Below are positions 36,492 to 46,547 of a stretch of DNA of 64,000 bases, piece after piece. Below the pieces are notes generated by a model, which did not search any database, had not been told where the DNA came from, and saw nothing but the letters and a program-made list of their open reading frames with translations. The translations under genes were made by a program, and so were the position numbers. How positions within the stretch are numbered: the stretch's first letter is position 1; each line of letters opens with the position of its first letter. The stretch spans positions 9,862-73,861 of the forward strand of contig JAXMNT010000041.1 of assembly GCA_034670305.1 (NCBI GenBank), read 5' to 3'. The stretch comes from Deltaproteobacteria bacterium (GTDB lineage: Bacteria; Myxococcota_A; Polyangia; Polyangiales; Houyiibacteriaceae).

Positions 36492-38909
36492 TTGAGCGCA
36501 CATCAGACTACATCTGCCCACGGTGACCTGGCCGCGCCTGTCGCGCGCCGCTGGGAGGTCGTGGGGCTCGTCACCGCCTCGATCGCCATTTTGGCGACCC
36601 TTTCGCTCTATTCGTACGACGCACGGGGTGGCGAGAACCTGGTCGGGCCCGTCGGGTCCGGCGTCGCGGGCATGCTCGTTGGCGCCTTTGGGGTCGCTGG
36701 CTGGGTGATCCCGATCGAGTTCGGGTTCATGACCTGGCGCCTCTTCCGCGGCCGTTCCGCGGTGCTCGGTGTCGCGACGGTGGTCTCGACCTTGGTGATC
36801 GTGCTCGTCGGCTGCGGCATGTTGCACCTCGCGCTCTTCGGGAGCGAAGTCTACGGCGGCCATCTTCCGGGTGGGGTGCTCGGCGAAGTGCTCGGCGAGG
36901 TCCTTCGTTCGCTCTTCGGCGACGCCGGCGCGTACGTCGTGGGCACGACGATCTTGCTCGTCACGATGGTGCTGCGCACGCCGGTGTCGGTCACCGCCAC
37001 TCTCCGCAAGGGGTGGCAGTGGACGCGCGCGACCGGCGTCCGTGCGCGCGACGGCGCCAGCGCGGTGCTGGAAGCGTGGCGCGAGGCGCGCGAACTCGAG
37101 CGGCAAGAGCGCGAAGAACGCGAGCGGGCCGACGCGCCGCGCATCGTCGACGAAGACACGATCGACTCCATGCTCGACGAGCCCTCGCCCGCCGAGTCCG
37201 AAGACGACGCGACCGAAGACGACGTCGAAGAGGTCGAGGATCTCGAGGAAGACGAAGCCGAAGACGAAGCGCCGAAACCCAAAGCGAAGAAGAAGTCGAA
37301 GAAGGATGAAGGTCCGCGGATCATCGCGCCGAAACCGACGCTCCCCAAGGCCAAGAAGCCGACCACCCCGAAGCCGACCCACGGCGCGTTCGAGCTGCCC
37401 TCGCTGGACCTCTTGGACGTACAACAGGGCGGACGCATTCGGATCGACCCAGCCGTTCTGCGCGACAACGCCAAACGGCTGACCGAGAAGCTCGAGTCGT
37501 ACGGCGTCAAGGGAAGGGTGGATGAGATCCATCCGGGTCCGGTCGTTACGATGTATGAGTTCGAGCCGAAGAGCGGCACGAAGATCTCGAAGATCGCGGG
37601 CCTCGAGAACGACCTCGCGCTGGCGCTCGCCGCACAGAAGGTGCGCATCGTCGCGCCGATCCCGGGCAAGGCGCGGGTGGGCATCGAGTTGCCGAACGAA
37701 GACCGGCAGACCGTGTTTCTTCGGGAGATTCTGGAAGACGAGCGCTGGGAGAAGTTCGACGCGAAGCTCCCGATCGCGCTCGGCAAGGACATCGCGGGAC
37801 AGCCGGTCTACGGCGACCTGGCGAAGATGCCGCATCTGCTCGTCGCGGGTGCCACCGGCTCAGGCAAGTCCGTCGGATTGAACGTCATGCTCGCTTCGCT
37901 TCTGTACAAGAAGACCCCCGAAGAAGTCCGCATGTTGATGATCGATCCGAAGGTGGTCGAGTTGAAGATGTTCAACGCGATCCCGCACATGCTGTTGCCG
38001 GTCGTCACCGACATGAACAAGGCGTCGCTCGCACTCAAGTGGGCGGTCGACGAGATGGAGCGCCGCTACCAGCTCTTCGCCGACGCCAGCGCGCGGAACA
38101 TCTCGAGCTACAACCGGCGGGTCGAGAAGGTCCTCGCCGGAGACCTCGCGCCCGAGAAGGTGATGCCGCGCCAAGTGGGCAAGATCCGTGGCGTCGACGA
38201 GAACGGCACCGTGTCGTGGCACGAGCCGACCGAAGGCGAGACGGTGACGCCCGTCATGCCGGAGAAGCTGCCGTACGTCGTGGTGGTCGTCGACGAGTTC
38301 GCCGACCTGATGATGGTCGCGGCCAAAGACGTTGAAGCGTGCATCGCGCGCCTCGCGCAGAAGGCGCGCGCTGCGGGCATCCACGTCATCCTCGCGACCC
38401 AGCGTCCGAGCGTCGACGTGATCACCGGCATGATCAAAGCGAACTTCCCGGCTCGGATGGCCTTCAAGGTCAGCCAGCGCGAAGACAGCAAGACCATTCT
38501 CGGCCGGGTGGGTGCGCAGAACCTGCTCGGGCGCGGCGACATGTTGATGATCCCACCGGGCTCCAGTGATCTCTCCCGCGTGCACTGCGCCTTCGTGAGC
38601 GAAGAAGAGGTCGAAGGCATCTGCGACTTCCTGCGCACGCAGGGCAAACCCGTGTACGACGAGAGCATCCTGCAGCCCCGCGAAGACAGCGGCACAGGCG
38701 GCGCGCCGAGCGACGACCCACAGTACGACCAAGCGGTCGCGGTGGTGGCGCAGGCCGGCTACTGCTCGATCAGCCATCTCCAACGGCAGCTCAGCGTCGG
38801 CTACAACAAAGCCGCCAAGCTGGTCGAGCGCATGGAGAAAGAGGGCGTCATCGGCCCGCCCAGCAAGAAAGCCGGCGGCCGCCGCGAAGTCCTCGTCTCG
38901 CCTCTTTAA
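36492..38909 (+). CDS. ftsK: DNA translocase FtsK
   Basis: N-terminal TM domain, GPVVTMYE, MPHLLVAGATGSGKS, VVVDEFADLM, LATQRPSVDVITG, gamma domain SISHLQRQLSVGYNKAA. Confidence 0.97.
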   Translation: MSAHQTTSAHGDLAAPVARRWEVVGLVTASIAILATLSLYSYDARGGENLVGPVGSGVAGMLVGAFGVAGWVIPIEFGFMTWRLFRGRSAVLGVATVVSTLVIVLVGCGMLHLALFGSEVYGGHLPGGVLGEVLGEVLRSLFGDAGAYVVGTTILLVTMVLRTPVSVTATLRKGWQWTRATGVRARDGASAVLEAWREARELERQEREERERADAPRIVDEDTIDSMLDEPSPAESEDDATEDDVEEVEDLEEDEAEDEAPKPKAKKKSKKDEGPRIIAPKPTLPKAKKPTTPKPTHGAFELPSLDLLDVQQGGRIRIDPAVLRDNAKRLTEKLESYGVKGRVDEIHPGPVVTMYEFEPKSGTKISKIAGLENDLALALAAQKVRIVAPIPGKARVGIELPNEDRQTVFLREILEDERWEKFDAKLPIALGKDIAGQPVYGDLAKMPHLLVAGATGSGKSVGLNVMLASLLYKKTPEEVRMLMIDPKVVELKMFNAIPHMLLPVVTDMNKASLALKWAVDEMERRYQLFADASARNISSYNRRVEKVLAGDLAPEKVMPRQVGKIRGVDENGTVSWHEPTEGETVTPVMPEKLPYVVVVVDEFADLMMVAAKDVEACIARLAQKARAAGIHVILATQRPSVDVITGMIKANFPARMAFKVSQREDSKTILGRVGAQNLLGRGDMLMIPPGSSDLSRVHCAFVSEEEVEGICDFLRTQGKPVYDESILQPREDSGTGGAPSDDPQYDQAVAVVAQAGYCSISHLQRQLSVGYNKAAKLVERMEKEGVIGPPSKKAGGRREVLVSPL

Positions 38910-38921
38910 TTGCGCTACGGC

Positions 38922-39178
38922 CCTGGCTCGCTTCGCGAGACTGGCGGGCCTAATTCGGCGTCCAGAGCACCTTCACGTGCTCGCCGCCCAAGCATTTGGA
39001 CGCACTGAAGGAGCGATGGGAACAACTGGCGGCTGCGCGCGGTGAAGGCACTCCCGCCGCCTCTATGACGCGGGGAGTGCACCAGTTGCTCGGCCTGCGG
39101 GCTGCGCAGGTGCACCAGTGGAGATGCCTGACTCGCTGGCGCTGTTCGAGGCCTGGCTCGCTTCGCTCGACTGGCGGG
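38922..39178. repeat. Pair of 27-bp direct repeats (25/27 identical) flanking a 203-nt spacer
   Basis: CCTGGCTCGCTTCGCGAGACTGGCGGG at 38922-38948 and CCTGGCTCGCTTCGCTCGACTGGCGGG at 39152-39178. Confidence 0.85.
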
Positions 39179-39203
39179 GCTGCGTTCTGCCGGACGGCCC
39201 GGT

Positions 39204-40226
39204 TCAGTCTCGGTCTTCTTGGGTGCCGTCGGCGTGGATGGCGAAGCGGCCTTTGTCGCGGGGGTGCACCGGGGCGTTGGCGGGCCAGGGCCAGCCTCCG
39301 AACTGGGTGCGCTGGTAGTCGCGCATCGCGTCCTGCAGCTCGGCGTGGGTGTTCATCACGAACGGTCCGTGGTGCGCCACCGGTTCGCCGATCGGCCGAC
39401 CCTGGAGCATGAGCACCTCGGTCTCCACATCGCCGGCCCGAAGCTTCGCCGGCACGTTCGGTTCGATCTGAACCGCGCGTTCGAGCGGGATCGACGCCCC
39501 CTCGATCTCCAAGGCGCCGCGGAAGAAGTAGAGGGTGCGGTTCACGTTCGACGGCCCGGCCGGCAACGTCCACTCGGCGCCCGGCTGCATTCGAATCGTC
39601 CACACTGCCACGTGCGCATCCGGTCGCGCTGCCCAGCTGTGCGGCGGCGGCGAAGCAGCGGCGAATGTCTCGCCGTCGATCGACACCGAACCGGCGAACA
39701 CCTCCACCGTGGTCTCGCGCCCTTGCGCGTCGCGGTGCACCGGCCGCGGGGTCTCTTCGGTCCACAACATCTTGAAGTGGGGCTCGACGAACTTGTCCTC
39801 CGCGGGCAGGTTCAACCAGATCTGAAAGAGCTCCGCCGGGTTGTCCTGGTCGCGGTTCCGAAGCGGGAACATCTCCGAGTGCACGATGCCGGCGCCCGCG
39901 GTCATCCACTGGGTGTCGCCCCGGCCGAAGCGCGCGGTCGCGCCGAGGGAGTCGGCGTGGTCGATGAAGCCGCTCCGGGCCACGGTGATGGTCTCGAAGC
40001 CCCGGTGCGGGTGCCGCGGAAATCCCGGCACCACGTCGCCGTGGTACATGCGCCAACCGTCCTTCAGCTCGAAGTCCATGCCGAGGCGCCGTCCGGCGAG
40101 GCTGGCGTCGGGACCCATCGCTTCGTTCCCCCGCGGATAGGCGTCCGCGTGATGCACGCAGAAGAGAAACGGGTCGAAGGTCTTCCATGGAAAACCGAGC
40201 GGGTGGATGGCGCGTACGATCGACAT
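39204..40226 (-). CDS. Pirin family protein
   Basis: DPFLF, FPRHPHRGFETIT, HADSLG, QWMTAGAGIVHSE, FQIWLNLP, GPFVMNT. Confidence 0.95.
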   Translation of the reverse strand: MSIVRAIHPLGFPWKTFDPFLFCVHHADAYPRGNEAMGPDASLAGRRLGMDFELKDGWRMYHGDVVPGFPRHPHRGFETITVARSGFIDHADSLGATARFGRGDTQWMTAGAGIVHSEMFPLRNRDQDNPAELFQIWLNLPAEDKFVEPHFKMLWTEETPRPVHRDAQGRETTVEVFAGSVSIDGETFAAASPPPHSWAARPDAHVAVWTIRMQPGAEWTLPAGPSNVNRTLYFFRGALEIEGASIPLERAVQIEPNVPAKLRAGDVETEVLMLQGRPIGEPVAHHGPFVMNTHAELQDAMRDYQRTQFGGWPWPANAPVHPRDKGRFAIHADGTQEDRD

Positions 40227-40341
40227 GCGGGGATCGTCGGGCATCGCGCGAAGAACGCAACCAACCCGACGCGCGTCTCCTCACGCGTGAGGCGAGCGAC
40301 CGCCGCGTGCCCACCGCCTCGCGGCTGTGCTAACGCCACCG

Positions 40342-41307
40342 ATGGCCACTTCCAAAACCATGCGCCTGGTCTTCGTCATGGACCCGGTCGGCACCGTCAT
40401 CGTCGACGAGGACACGTCGTTCGCCCTGATGTTCGAAGCGCAGTCGCGCGGGCATCGGGTGGACCATTGTCTGCCGCGGGACGTGGAGTTGCTTCAGGGC
40501 CGAAGCCGCGCGGCGGTGCGGCAGGCAACCATGAGCCGCGATGCGGGCACGTCGCCGATCGTGCTCGGGGAAGAAGAGCTCGTGGACCTGGCGGATGTCG
40601 ACGTGGTGTTCATTCGGAAGGATCCGCCCTTCGACGACGACTACATGTGGCTCTCGCTCGTGCTCGAGCCGGTGCGGGGCACGACGCTCGTGGTCAACGA
40701 TCCACGCGGCCTGCGGGACGCGAACGAGAAGCTCTACGCCTGTCACTTTCCAGAGCACATGCCGCCGACGTTGGTCAGCGCGCACAAGGGCCGCATCAAA
40801 GAATTCTTGGCCGACATCGGCGGCAAGGGCGTCATCAAGCCGGTCGACGGGCACGGCGGGCACGGCATCTTCAAGCTCGGCCTCGACGACCCGAACCTCA
40901 ACGCCTGCATCGAGACCGTGACACTCGCAGGCCGACGTCTGGCGATGGTGCAGGGGTTCCTCGAGGCGGTTACCGAAGGGGACAAGCGGATCCTCTTGCT
41001 CGATGGCGAACCGCTCGGGGCGATCTTGCGCGTCCCTCAAGGCGGGGATCTGCGCGGCAACATCCATGTGGGTGGCAAGGTCGTGGCGACGGAGATCGAC
41101 GCCGCTGACCGGGCGATCATCGCGGCGGTGGCGCCGCGGCTCCGGGCGGATGGCCTGGTGTTCGTCGGACTGGACGTCATCGGCGGCAAACTCACCGAGG
41201 TGAACGTCACGAGTCCAACCGGGATCCAGCAGATGTCCCGCCTCAGCGGCAAGAACTGCGAAGCCCCCGTGCTCGACTGGCTGGAAACCCGAGCCGCCGC
41301 GCTCTGA
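40342..41307 (+). CDS. gshB: Glutathione synthetase
   Basis: VFVMDP, DTSFALM, RKDPPFD, NEKL, KPVDGHGG, GDKRILL, RGNIHVGG, TEVNVTSPTG. Confidence 0.96.
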   Translation: MATSKTMRLVFVMDPVGTVIVDEDTSFALMFEAQSRGHRVDHCLPRDVELLQGRSRAAVRQATMSRDAGTSPIVLGEEELVDLADVDVVFIRKDPPFDDDYMWLSLVLEPVRGTTLVVNDPRGLRDANEKLYACHFPEHMPPTLVSAHKGRIKEFLADIGGKGVIKPVDGHGGHGIFKLGLDDPNLNACIETVTLAGRRLAMVQGFLEAVTEGDKRILLLDGEPLGAILRVPQGGDLRGNIHVGGKVVATEIDAADRAIIAAVAPRLRADGLVFVGLDVIGGKLTEVNVTSPTGIQQMSRLSGKNCEAPVLDWLETRAAAL

Positions 41308-41350
41308 CTCTGGGGGCAGAATGGGGTAGAAGGGCGCGACGGGATATTTC

Positions 41351-43507
41351 GTGACGCGCACACACTTCCAACACACCGCTCTTTGCCTCCTCGCCCTCAG
41401 CTTCACCACGGGCTGTCCACCCAAGGCCCTCCAGCTGGACGCGAGGACCACGCCGACCTTCCAGACCGGCAACTTCTCCCGTGAGATCCGCACCCTCACG
41501 GATCTGGACACGGTGCGGGACATCGCCAGCGAAGGCACCACGGTCTACGTCGCCACCGACCGCGGCCTGCTCGTCTACCCCGAAGGCTCCCGCCCGACCC
41601 GCATCGTCGATGGCATCGGTCCCGATGTGCGCGCCGTCTCCGTGAGCGCGCAGGGCGTGGCGATCGCCGCGTCGGCCACCGGCCTCTTCTCCTTCCGCGG
41701 CACCGAACCGGGCGCCGCGCTCTCCGAGCCCCCCGTCGGCGATGTGGTCGCCCTCCACACCGACCTCGAAGGCACCGTCTGGGCCTGCGGAGACCTCGGC
41801 GTGGCCCGCCTTCGGTCCGGCGCCGGGTGGGAAGGCTACGGCGAACCCGCGCAGTGCACCGGCCTGTGGCCGACCCCGGAAGGACGCCTCTGGATCGGCA
41901 CCACCCGCGGGCTCTGGTACCAGGACGCCGAAGACGTCATCCGCGAGCACGGCGAGAGCCGCGGCATTCCCGCCGGCTGGGTCGTCGGTGTCGTGCCGGC
42001 GCAGCCCGGCCAGGCGTTCGTCCTCGTGCAGAACACCAGCGAGGCGTACCTCGGCTGGTTCGATGGCAACCGCTGGTACGGCTACACGATCCCCGAGTTC
42101 GAACCGCATGTGGTCGGCCTCTCGCGGCGCGGCGCCGACGCAGTCCTCGTCACCCGGCAGCACGCCTACGTCATCCAGGACGCGGCGCGCGGCGCAGGCG
42201 TTCCGCTTCGGGCCCTCAGCCGCGGCGACCGCAACCGCGTGCTCAGCTACGGCGCGCGCATCACCACCGGCGACAACCCGAACACGAGCGAACCGCTCCC
42301 CGCCCGCGGTCCAGTGCGGCTCGCCGCGGTGCCGCCGAACCACCCGAGCATCGAAGCGCCTGGCTTCGTCGCGTCGCCCCTGACCGAAGCCGGTCAGGCC
42401 GTCTACCTCGTGCGCCAGGTCGGCGGCACGACCTACGTGGCCGACCGCAACCAAGGCGTCGCGGTGCTCGGCACGGGCGTCGAAGGCGCGCCCGAACCCC
42501 GGCGTCTGCGCAGCCAGGATCTGGTCGCGCAGCGGGATCTGCAGGTCGTGAGCGATGAGCGGGGCAACACCTGGATCCTGACCGACGACGGCGTCATCGG
42601 CCGGTTCCGCGACGGCATCCTCCAGAAGATGGACGCACCGGCGCAGGCGGGGTCTCCGCAGGCCATCGCCTCGGCGCGGCGCGGCGTCTACGTGGCGACC
42701 CGCAGCGGCAACCAGGTCTCGATCTTCCGCTGGGCGACCGACCAGTGGGAGCTCGCCGCGCGGCGCACCCTCTTCGAGACGACCGGTGCACCAGAAGCCG
42801 CACCGGCGGCTCCCGAAGCCGAGGCCGCCGCACCGAGCGGTACCCAGCTGGCGTCGGTCCCGATGCTCGGCGTGACCGACGACGAGACCTTCTGGGTCGC
42901 CGTGCGCGTCGGCACCGAAGAGCGCGCCCGCCCGCGCGGCGTCGCCGTGTTCTCCGGCGCCGAAGGTCCGGTCGTCTACCACCACCACGGCAGCAACCCC
43001 GCCACCGATGGCGAGGGATCGCTTCAGCTCATCGACGACATCGGCAACATCGATCTCAACGAGAGCGGCATGGCGTGGTTCAGCACCCTCAACGGCGCGG
43101 TCCGCCTCGGCAACCACCAGGCGGTCGTGTTCGGCGAAGCCCGCGGGGTGCGTGGTGAGGTCGTCAGCGACGTCTTGGTGGGCGGCGAAGGCCGCGTCTG
43201 GGTCGCGGCGGCCGAAGGCCCTGGTTACTACTTCAACCGCGCGTTCGAGTTCCGGATGCCCGCCGCGGTCCGGGCCGCCCGTCCAATCGCGTTGGCGCTC
43301 GACGCCACCGGCCACGTCTGGGGCGCGGGACCCAACGGCCTCGTGCAATACGATGGGTCCAACTGGTCCATTTATGGAAACGACAGCGGCCTTCCGACGA
43401 CCGAGCTGGTCGACATCGAGGGCGATGCCGCCGGCAACCTCTGGCTGCTCGGCCGAGACCAGGTCGTGCTGCTCGGACCTCCGCGTCGCGCGACCGCACC
43501 CGAATGA
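41351..43507 (+). CDS. Lipoprotein with beta-propeller repeats (two-component regulator propeller-like)
   Basis: Lipobox FTTGC; repeats GRLWIGTTRGL, GNTWILT, GHVWGAGPNGL, SGLPTTELVDIEGDAAGNLW. Confidence 0.82.
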   Translation: MTRTHFQHTALCLLALSFTTGCPPKALQLDARTTPTFQTGNFSREIRTLTDLDTVRDIASEGTTVYVATDRGLLVYPEGSRPTRIVDGIGPDVRAVSVSAQGVAIAASATGLFSFRGTEPGAALSEPPVGDVVALHTDLEGTVWACGDLGVARLRSGAGWEGYGEPAQCTGLWPTPEGRLWIGTTRGLWYQDAEDVIREHGESRGIPAGWVVGVVPAQPGQAFVLVQNTSEAYLGWFDGNRWYGYTIPEFEPHVVGLSRRGADAVLVTRQHAYVIQDAARGAGVPLRALSRGDRNRVLSYGARITTGDNPNTSEPLPARGPVRLAAVPPNHPSIEAPGFVASPLTEAGQAVYLVRQVGGTTYVADRNQGVAVLGTGVEGAPEPRRLRSQDLVAQRDLQVVSDERGNTWILTDDGVIGRFRDGILQKMDAPAQAGSPQAIASARRGVYVATRSGNQVSIFRWATDQWELAARRTLFETTGAPEAAPAAPEAEAAAPSGTQLASVPMLGVTDDETFWVAVRVGTEERARPRGVAVFSGAEGPVVYHHHGSNPATDGEGSLQLIDDIGNIDLNESGMAWFSTLNGAVRLGNHQAVVFGEARGVRGEVVSDVLVGGEGRVWVAAAEGPGYYFNRAFEFRMPAAVRAARPIALALDATGHVWGAGPNGLVQYDGSNWSIYGNDSGLPTTELVDIEGDAAGNLWLLGRDQVVLLGPPRRATAPE

Positions 43508-43514
43508 CCCGACC

Positions 43515-45320
43515 ATGACCCCCTCGCTCCCCCCCGGCCGAACGTTCGCTTGGCTCGCGCTCTTGCTCGCGTGTGCCTCCGTCGGATGGCCGGGCGAGGA
43601 TGTGTCTGGTCAGACGGTTCCGTCCGCAGAAACGCTTTCGGCAGCAGAGACCTTTCAAGCCCAGTACGGCGAGTTCGCGGTGTCCGCGGATCATCCGGAC
43701 GCTTCCGAAGCCGGCGCGCAGATCCTCGCTGCGGGCGGCAACGCGGCGGACGCCGCCGCCGCGACCATGCTCGCGCTCGGGGTCGCCAACCCGGCTTCGA
43801 GCGGACTCGGGGGCGGAGGCTTCGCGCTCTATTACGACGCGGCCAGCGGCGAGCTCACCTTCCTCGACTTCCGCGAGCGCGCGCCAGCCGCCTCGACGCC
43901 CGATCTCTACGAAGGCCGCGAACCGCCGATGCCGGGGCGCGCCAACGCGGCGTCTCAAGTCGGCGGTCTCTCGAGCGGCGTGCCGGGCGAGCCGGCCGGG
44001 GTCGAAGCGCTGGTACGCCGCTTCGGCAAACTGGATCTCGCGCGGGTCACCGCACCGGCGATCGCACTCGCGCAGCGTGGCGTCGCGGTGTCGGCGCCGC
44101 TGGCGCGCATGGCCGGCGGGTTCGGCGATCAGATGCGTCGCGACCGCGTGATGCGAACGTGGTTCGAGGGCGGCGGCATGGAGGAGGGCGCCACGCTTCG
44201 GCGGCCAGCGTTGCTTCGCGCGTTGCAAGCCTTCGCCCGCCGCGGCGCGCGCGGGCTCTACGAAGGCCGCATCGGCGCCCAGATCGTGCGCGAGAACCGC
44301 GCGGCCGGCGGCATCTTCACCGCCGCCGATCTGCGCGACTACACGGTTGTCGACCGCACCCCACTCGAAGCCAACCACTTCGGTCTGCGCTGGGTGACCG
44401 CGCCTCCACCGAGCGCCGGTGGGTTCACGATGCTCCAGAGCCTCGCGATCCTCGAGCGGCTGCCCGCCCGCTGGCGACCGATGCAAGACGCGCACTTGCA
44501 GACCGAGACCCACGCGCGCCTGCTGCACGCGATGGCGGAGTCCTGGAAGGGACCGTTCCAGGATCGGCAGCGCTACTTCGGCGATCCCGACCACGTCACC
44601 TTGCCGCTCGCGCAGATGATGCAGGACGCGCGCCTCGATGCGCGTGCGCGCGCGTTTCATCCGGGGCTCGCGATGCCGCCCTCGGACTACGACCAACCGC
44701 TGCGCGCACCCGACCCCGTCGTGCAGAGCGACAACGCCGGCACGAGCCACCTGTGCGTCGTCGACGCGGAGGGCAACGTCGCCGCCGTCACCACGACCGT
44801 GAACTTGCCCTTCGGCGCGCGCTACACCGCCGGCGGGCTCGTGATGAACGACGAGATGGACGACTTCGCGCGTGCGGTCGGCGAGGCGAACGCCTTCGGT
44901 CTGGTCGGCGGCGCACCGAACCTGCCGGGTCCCGGCAAACGTCCGGTGTCGACCATGTCGCCGACCATCGTCTTCGACGCACACGGACCGGTGATGTGCA
45001 TCGGCGCGTCGGGCGGCAGCCGCATCGTGACCGCCACCCAGCAAGTGGCGATGAACGCGCTTCTGCTCGGCATGGACGCGGGCGAGGCCATCGTCGCGCC
45101 GCGGGTCCATCACCAGGCGTCGCCGAACCAGCTCCGCAGCGAGACCTTCGCGGAGCTCGCGCCCGAGACCATTGCGGCGCTCACCGCGCGCGGCCACGTC
45201 CACGAACCGATCCACAACGTGGCCACGGTCCAGCTGATTCACATCCTGCGGGCGGGCGGGACTCGGCGGCTTCACGCCGCCGGCGATCCCCGCAAGAGCG
45301 GCCGCCCCGCCGGGCGCTAG
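43515..45320 (+). CDS. ggt: Exported gamma-glutamyltransferase
   Basis: Signal peptide from ATG 43515; GGNAADAA, SGLGGGGF, LDFRERAP, GTSHLCVVD, NDEMDDF, PGKRPVSTMSP, GASGGSRI. Confidence 0.93.
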   Translation: MTPSLPPGRTFAWLALLLACASVGWPGEDVSGQTVPSAETLSAAETFQAQYGEFAVSADHPDASEAGAQILAAGGNAADAAAATMLALGVANPASSGLGGGGFALYYDAASGELTFLDFRERAPAASTPDLYEGREPPMPGRANAASQVGGLSSGVPGEPAGVEALVRRFGKLDLARVTAPAIALAQRGVAVSAPLARMAGGFGDQMRRDRVMRTWFEGGGMEEGATLRRPALLRALQAFARRGARGLYEGRIGAQIVRENRAAGGIFTAADLRDYTVVDRTPLEANHFGLRWVTAPPPSAGGFTMLQSLAILERLPARWRPMQDAHLQTETHARLLHAMAESWKGPFQDRQRYFGDPDHVTLPLAQMMQDARLDARARAFHPGLAMPPSDYDQPLRAPDPVVQSDNAGTSHLCVVDAEGNVAAVTTTVNLPFGARYTAGGLVMNDEMDDFARAVGEANAFGLVGGAPNLPGPGKRPVSTMSPTIVFDAHGPVMCIGASGGSRIVTATQQVAMNALLLGMDAGEAIVAPRVHHQASPNQLRSETFAELAPETIAALTARGHVHEPIHNVATVQLIHILRAGGTRRLHAAGDPRKSGRPAGR

Positions 45321-45349
45321 GACCGCCTCGCTCGCGGACCGAACACGCG

Positions 45350-45790
45350 TCAGCGAATGCGGGCGCTTCGCAGGTACCAGCGCTCGCCATGCTTGCGCAG
45401 CTCGAAGGTGACATCCATCAGCCCGCGCGGTCCGCGCAGACGCACGCCCACCTGCCCGGCGTCGTCTTGCACCCGCACCGAGTGCTGCACGAGCTCCAGT
45501 TCCTGTCCAAGGTACGGCGCCAGAGTCTCGCGCGCGAGCGCGCCGAGCTCCGCGTCGTCGCCTTCCCCGAACCACTCGTTCTGATCCGGCGCGCGCAGCT
45601 CCACCTCTTCGTGCCGCGTGGAGATGAAACTCAGCGCATCGTCGATGCGCCCGGTCTCGATGTCGCCACTGATGGCATCCACGAACGCCTCGAGCCGCTC
45701 CTCGTCCGTGACGAAGAGCGCGTCCGCCACAGCGGAGAGTCCGAGGAGCACGGCGACGGCGATGGAGAGGGTGACGGCGATTCTGCGCAT
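45350..45790 (-). CDS. Small exported hypothetical protein, possibly NTF2-like fold
   Basis: Hydrophobic N-terminus MRRIAVTLSIAVAVLLGL; C-terminal VTFELRKHGERWYL. Confidence 0.7.
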   Translation of the reverse strand: MRRIAVTLSIAVAVLLGLSAVADALFVTDEERLEAFVDAISGDIETGRIDDALSFISTRHEEVELRAPDQNEWFGEGDDAELGALARETLAPYLGQELELVQHSVRVQDDAGQVGVRLRGPRGLMDVTFELRKHGERWYLRSARIR

Positions 45791-46009
45791 GCCCGGGTGC
45801 AATGCAGCCCGCGTACCAACGCCTCCGCCCCATCCGCGAGGCCAGATCTCGGAGTCGGCGGGTCCTCCCGCGCTGACACAATGTCAGCCACCGCGAACCC
45901 GCCGCGCGGCGTTTGACAAAATGGTCGTGGGAGGGCGCACGCAGTTCGCGACGCATGGGCGGCCACTCGCGCGTCCGCGAGGCCGGAGTTGGGGTATGAT
46001 GGTTGGAGG

Positions 46010-46510
46010 ATGAGTGACGCCAGACCAGCTCAGCGACGGTCTCCGGTCCGGGTGTTCACCCGCGCGGGCTGGATCGAGGGCAAACTGCACGTGCCCGAGT
46101 CGATGCCCTTGCTCGACTTCCTCAACTCGAAGAACACCTTCTTCAACCTCACCGACGTTCGCATCGGTGGAGACACGAAGCTCAAGTTCCTCGCGCTCTC
46201 GCGGGCGGGCATCGTGTTCGTGGAGCCCACCACCGAAGAGAAGATCGAGGCGATGCTGCGGACGAGCAGCCGGACCAAACTGCGGCAGGTCAGCTGTCTG
46301 TTCGACGGCGGCATGGTGATGGGCACGCTGGCGATCGGCGCGGACCACCGCGTCTCGGACGACTTGATGGCGAGTCAGGACTTCGTCTTGCTCGGCAACT
46401 GCACGGTTGGTGTCGACGACCACGGCACCCCTGGCCAGCCGAAGATGGAATCGGTGACGTCGTTGTTGTTCCAGACGACCCACCTGGTCGCTGTCGCCGA
46501 GATGGGGTAG
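46010..46510 (+). CDS. Hypothetical protein with two tandem copies of a small beta domain (DUF6812-like)
   Basis: IEGKLHV...LLDFLN...FFNLTDV and VMGTLAI...VSDDLM...FVLLGNC internal repeat. Confidence 0.72.
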   Translation: MSDARPAQRRSPVRVFTRAGWIEGKLHVPESMPLLDFLNSKNTFFNLTDVRIGGDTKLKFLALSRAGIVFVEPTTEEKIEAMLRTSSRTKLRQVSCLFDGGMVMGTLAIGADHRVSDDLMASQDFVLLGNCTVGVDDHGTPGQPKMESVTSLLFQTTHLVAVAEMG

Positions 46511-46547
46511 CGCGATCCCGACCCCGTCGTCGGTCGCCATCGTCGGT

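Noticed and set aside
36320-37835. 1055-aa minus-strand ORF extension
   Set aside because: Antisense to ftsK; the real gene starts near 36272-36317 with a lipobox.
38922-39178. 27-bp repeat pair as a mini-CRISPR
   Set aside because: Only two repeats and a 203-nt spacer, far longer than CRISPR spacers.
39204-45320. pirin-gshB-propeller-ggt as a novel glutathione system
   Set aside because: Ordinary, well-known enzymes; clustering is plausible but unremarkable.
45913-46000. TTGACA and TATGAT as a sigma70 promoter
   Set aside because: They are about 76 nt apart, not 16-18.
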